A stretch of DNA of 64,000 nt from Sphagnum compactum (taxonomy: Eukaryota): NCBI GenBank assembly GCA_965153455.1, contig OZ234493.1, positions 33,904,213 to 33,968,212 on the forward strand. Direction: 5' to 3'. The position numbers were made by a program, and so were the translations under genes. Below are positions 61,606 to 64,000 of this stretch, piece after piece (position 1 is the first letter of the stretch; each line of letters begins with the position of its first letter). Under the pieces are notes generated by a model. The model saw nothing but the letters and a program-made list of their open reading frames with translations, was not told the origin of the DNA and did no database searches.

Positions 61606-64000
61606 ATGAACAGCACGCAAAGCCGCGCCTCTCGATGTGTGTTTGGTAACAAAAACATTTCCGACATCTCCTCTGTTTCTGTTTTGCGTTTTTCGGCCTA
61701 ATAATAATAAGAAGCTCTTCTCTTCTCTATCGTCCCTCGTTCTCTTCTGTCAAGTTCTTCTCTCTATGATGACTATTGTCTCTCTTTCTCTTTGAAAGTT
61801 CTTTTGTTTTCATTTGTCGTCTTGGAAGATTTGAAGTTTTCGACGACGACTCTTGTCTTTCCTGTTGTTTTTTTTCATTTGTTTTTACTCGTCTACATAG
61901 AGATGACGGAATTGCAGTTGTTGTTGTTGCTGTCCTCGCCGTCTTCTCTGATTGCTTCTTGTTATTTGTTTTCCGTGTGATAATTTCAAGTTGCTTGTTC
62001 GTTCGTTTGTTTGTTTTCGTTCTGGTCTCGCGAGGAAGAGGTGGAGTTCTTGAAGGCTTAGGAAAAAAATAGACACCAGAAAAAGAAGGTTTAGAGCTCT
62101 TTTGTCGGATCTTGATAGGAGAAAAGAGTTCTTGAAATTTTGCGCAATCAGATTTTGTTTGCCCCTGAAGGCCGTTTTTTCAGTGATGCTGGTTTTGTTG
62201 TTGTTTTTTTCTTTCTTTCTTTAGAGAAGCGGAGGCGGTTTTAAGCTTTGGTTTTGAGTGCGCTGGGAAATCCTGGTGGCATTTTATTGTAGTTGGAAAC
62301 ATACCGTATGATACAAGAGAGGAGCCAGCTTGTACACATCTGCGAAGAAGTCGGCCCTGTTGTGAACTTTCGGTAATGCGCTAGTCTCTTTCTTTCCTCT
62401 CTTCTATTGTTCTTTGCTTCTGGTTCTCTACAGCCAAGCTAGTTCTCTTTGTGGATAGATTACCAAGAGCTCAAAACGAGGTTCTTTGTTTTGCAGCAAC
62501 GTGAACGATGAACCAGTGCTCTTTTTTCATTGAAGCTGAAGGATAGGAGGAACTCATTATTGGCAATTTTTCTTTTGTTTTCTTGCCCAGACTGGTATTG
62601 GACAGGGAAACTGGAAAGCCAAAAGGCTATGGTTTCCGTGAGTTTAGGGATGAGGAGACAGCTTTGAGTGCACGGCGCAATTTGCAGGGTTATGAGGTCA
62701 ATGGACGGCAGCTCCGAGTGGACTTCGCCGAGAATGAGAAAGGAGGGATTGGTGTGCAAAATCAAGACCAGGTGCTTCTGCTGCCTTTGTTGTCATACAT
62801 TGTTCACTGTTGAAGATTCTGCAATGCATTCTGTATGGATTCTATATGCATGCTGTGAATTTGTGTTCATATCAGGCCTGAGGTGTTCTCTTGGCAATCT
62901 CAATTTGCAGTCATGTTTAAAGTTTCTAAGCAGTTGCAACACATTGCAGACCCTAATCTCTACTATAATTGTTGTAAGCAGCACTGGTTATATTTCCATG
63001 GTAGTCATCTCTCTTACTGATGAGATTCTTCAGAGTTTCACCTAAGCATTCAGATTTAGGGTGTTCTTTGGATTTGCAGAAGCAGGTTGGACAGGGTCTG
63101 CTACCATCAGGTGCTGTCACTGTCAGTAAGGTTCTTGACTTGTTCAATTGGTTGTTCCTAGATTTCTTCAATTGCTAGAATCCATCGTCTGGCAAACTAC
63201 TACTTGACAGTCTGCAACAACAGCCATTTAAACTCTTCACAGCTTAACAGTTTTTAAAATAATTGCATGTGCCGTCAAGAGTTCCATCATGCTTTCTGGT
63301 TCCATCAAGCTTTGTTGGACTTTATCTTTTTAAATAGTGTTGTCACTGCTTTGTAAGTGGACAATGACAGAGTCCCCTGATTTCATGGAGGGGAGGAAGA
63401 AATGTACCAGCATGTGCTTGAGGTGTTGGGTGTATTTATTTTTTCCGCAGATCTACTGAGGCAAGTAGGGACAGGACAGACCAGAGTTGGGATTGTGGGA
63501 GAGAGAGCTGGTGAGCTGCCAGTAGGGCAATCTGTTGCTGTGGCAGCAGCTTGTATCATGGCAGGTGCTTTGGGAGGCAACCAACAGCAGGTGCAGCTTT
63601 TGTCTTTTAAATTGCTGTCTCTTTTGAATTGTGAAGCATGCAGTGGTCATATGGTGAGTGTTGAATGTCATCTGCTGTTTGTAGTATCATTAATTAAGAC
63701 CGTTCTCCTGTATATAGTATGGCCCAAATGTGAACGGACATTCTATGCCCATGGCCAATGGGGGCACAGGCATAGGGAGCAATGATGCTCTGTCCAATAA
63801 CTTGGCTGGCATGTCCAAGCACCAGCTGTACGAGGTTATGGTGCAGATGAAGGTGCATTCTACTTTCATACTCCCTCGTCACATTAACAAACCTGCAGTC
63901 TGTTTGGACTTTGACTTGCACTAGGTTTATCTATACTGTGCTACACCATGACCAGAGTTGTTCTGAACTTGTGGTGCAGATGCTGATACAGCAAAACCAA
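61606..64000 (+). pseudogene. CSTF64: Cleavage stimulation factor 64 kDa subunit (CstF64) gene, 5' part, with a +1 frameshift in exon 2 (pseudogene or assembly error). Exons 61606-61645, 62293-62372, 62591-62771, further exons, hinge exon ending ~63852, 63980->64000
   Basis: [74 protein letters not shown] (RRM) and hinge NLAGMSKHQLYEVMVQMK|MLIQQNQ. An extra C at 62325/62326 breaks the frame. Confidence 0.75.

Overview
Eukaryotic nuclear DNA from a land plant. It is most likely a bryophyte, probably a Sphagnum-like moss; this is an inference from the gene families, intron style and repeats. Gene models were built by hand from GT/GC-AG splice sites. In order: a truncated 2OG-Fe(II) dioxygenase (-), DEAD-box helicase RH38/LOS4 (+, 8 exons), tRNA-Ile(AAU) (-), an intronless prolyl 4-hydroxylase with an ShK domain (-), a GNAT acetyltransferase (-), a decayed pogo-type transposase, an intronless CPL1-like CTD phosphatase (-), a WD40-containing type II inositol polyphosphate 5-phosphatase (-), a LOG-like protein (-) head-to-head with a PLS-class PPR gene (+), and a frameshifted CstF64 copy that runs off the window. 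Intergenic DNA is AT-rich, with dispersed non-autonomous repeats and two ~40-bp minisatellites (not CRISPR). The most striking observation is the PPR gene. Once spliced, it encodes an organellar-transit-like peptide, then an OSB-type PDF ssDNA-binding motif, then an intact PLS PPR array, while the downstream E/DYW deaminase region has decayed into a pseudo-domain.
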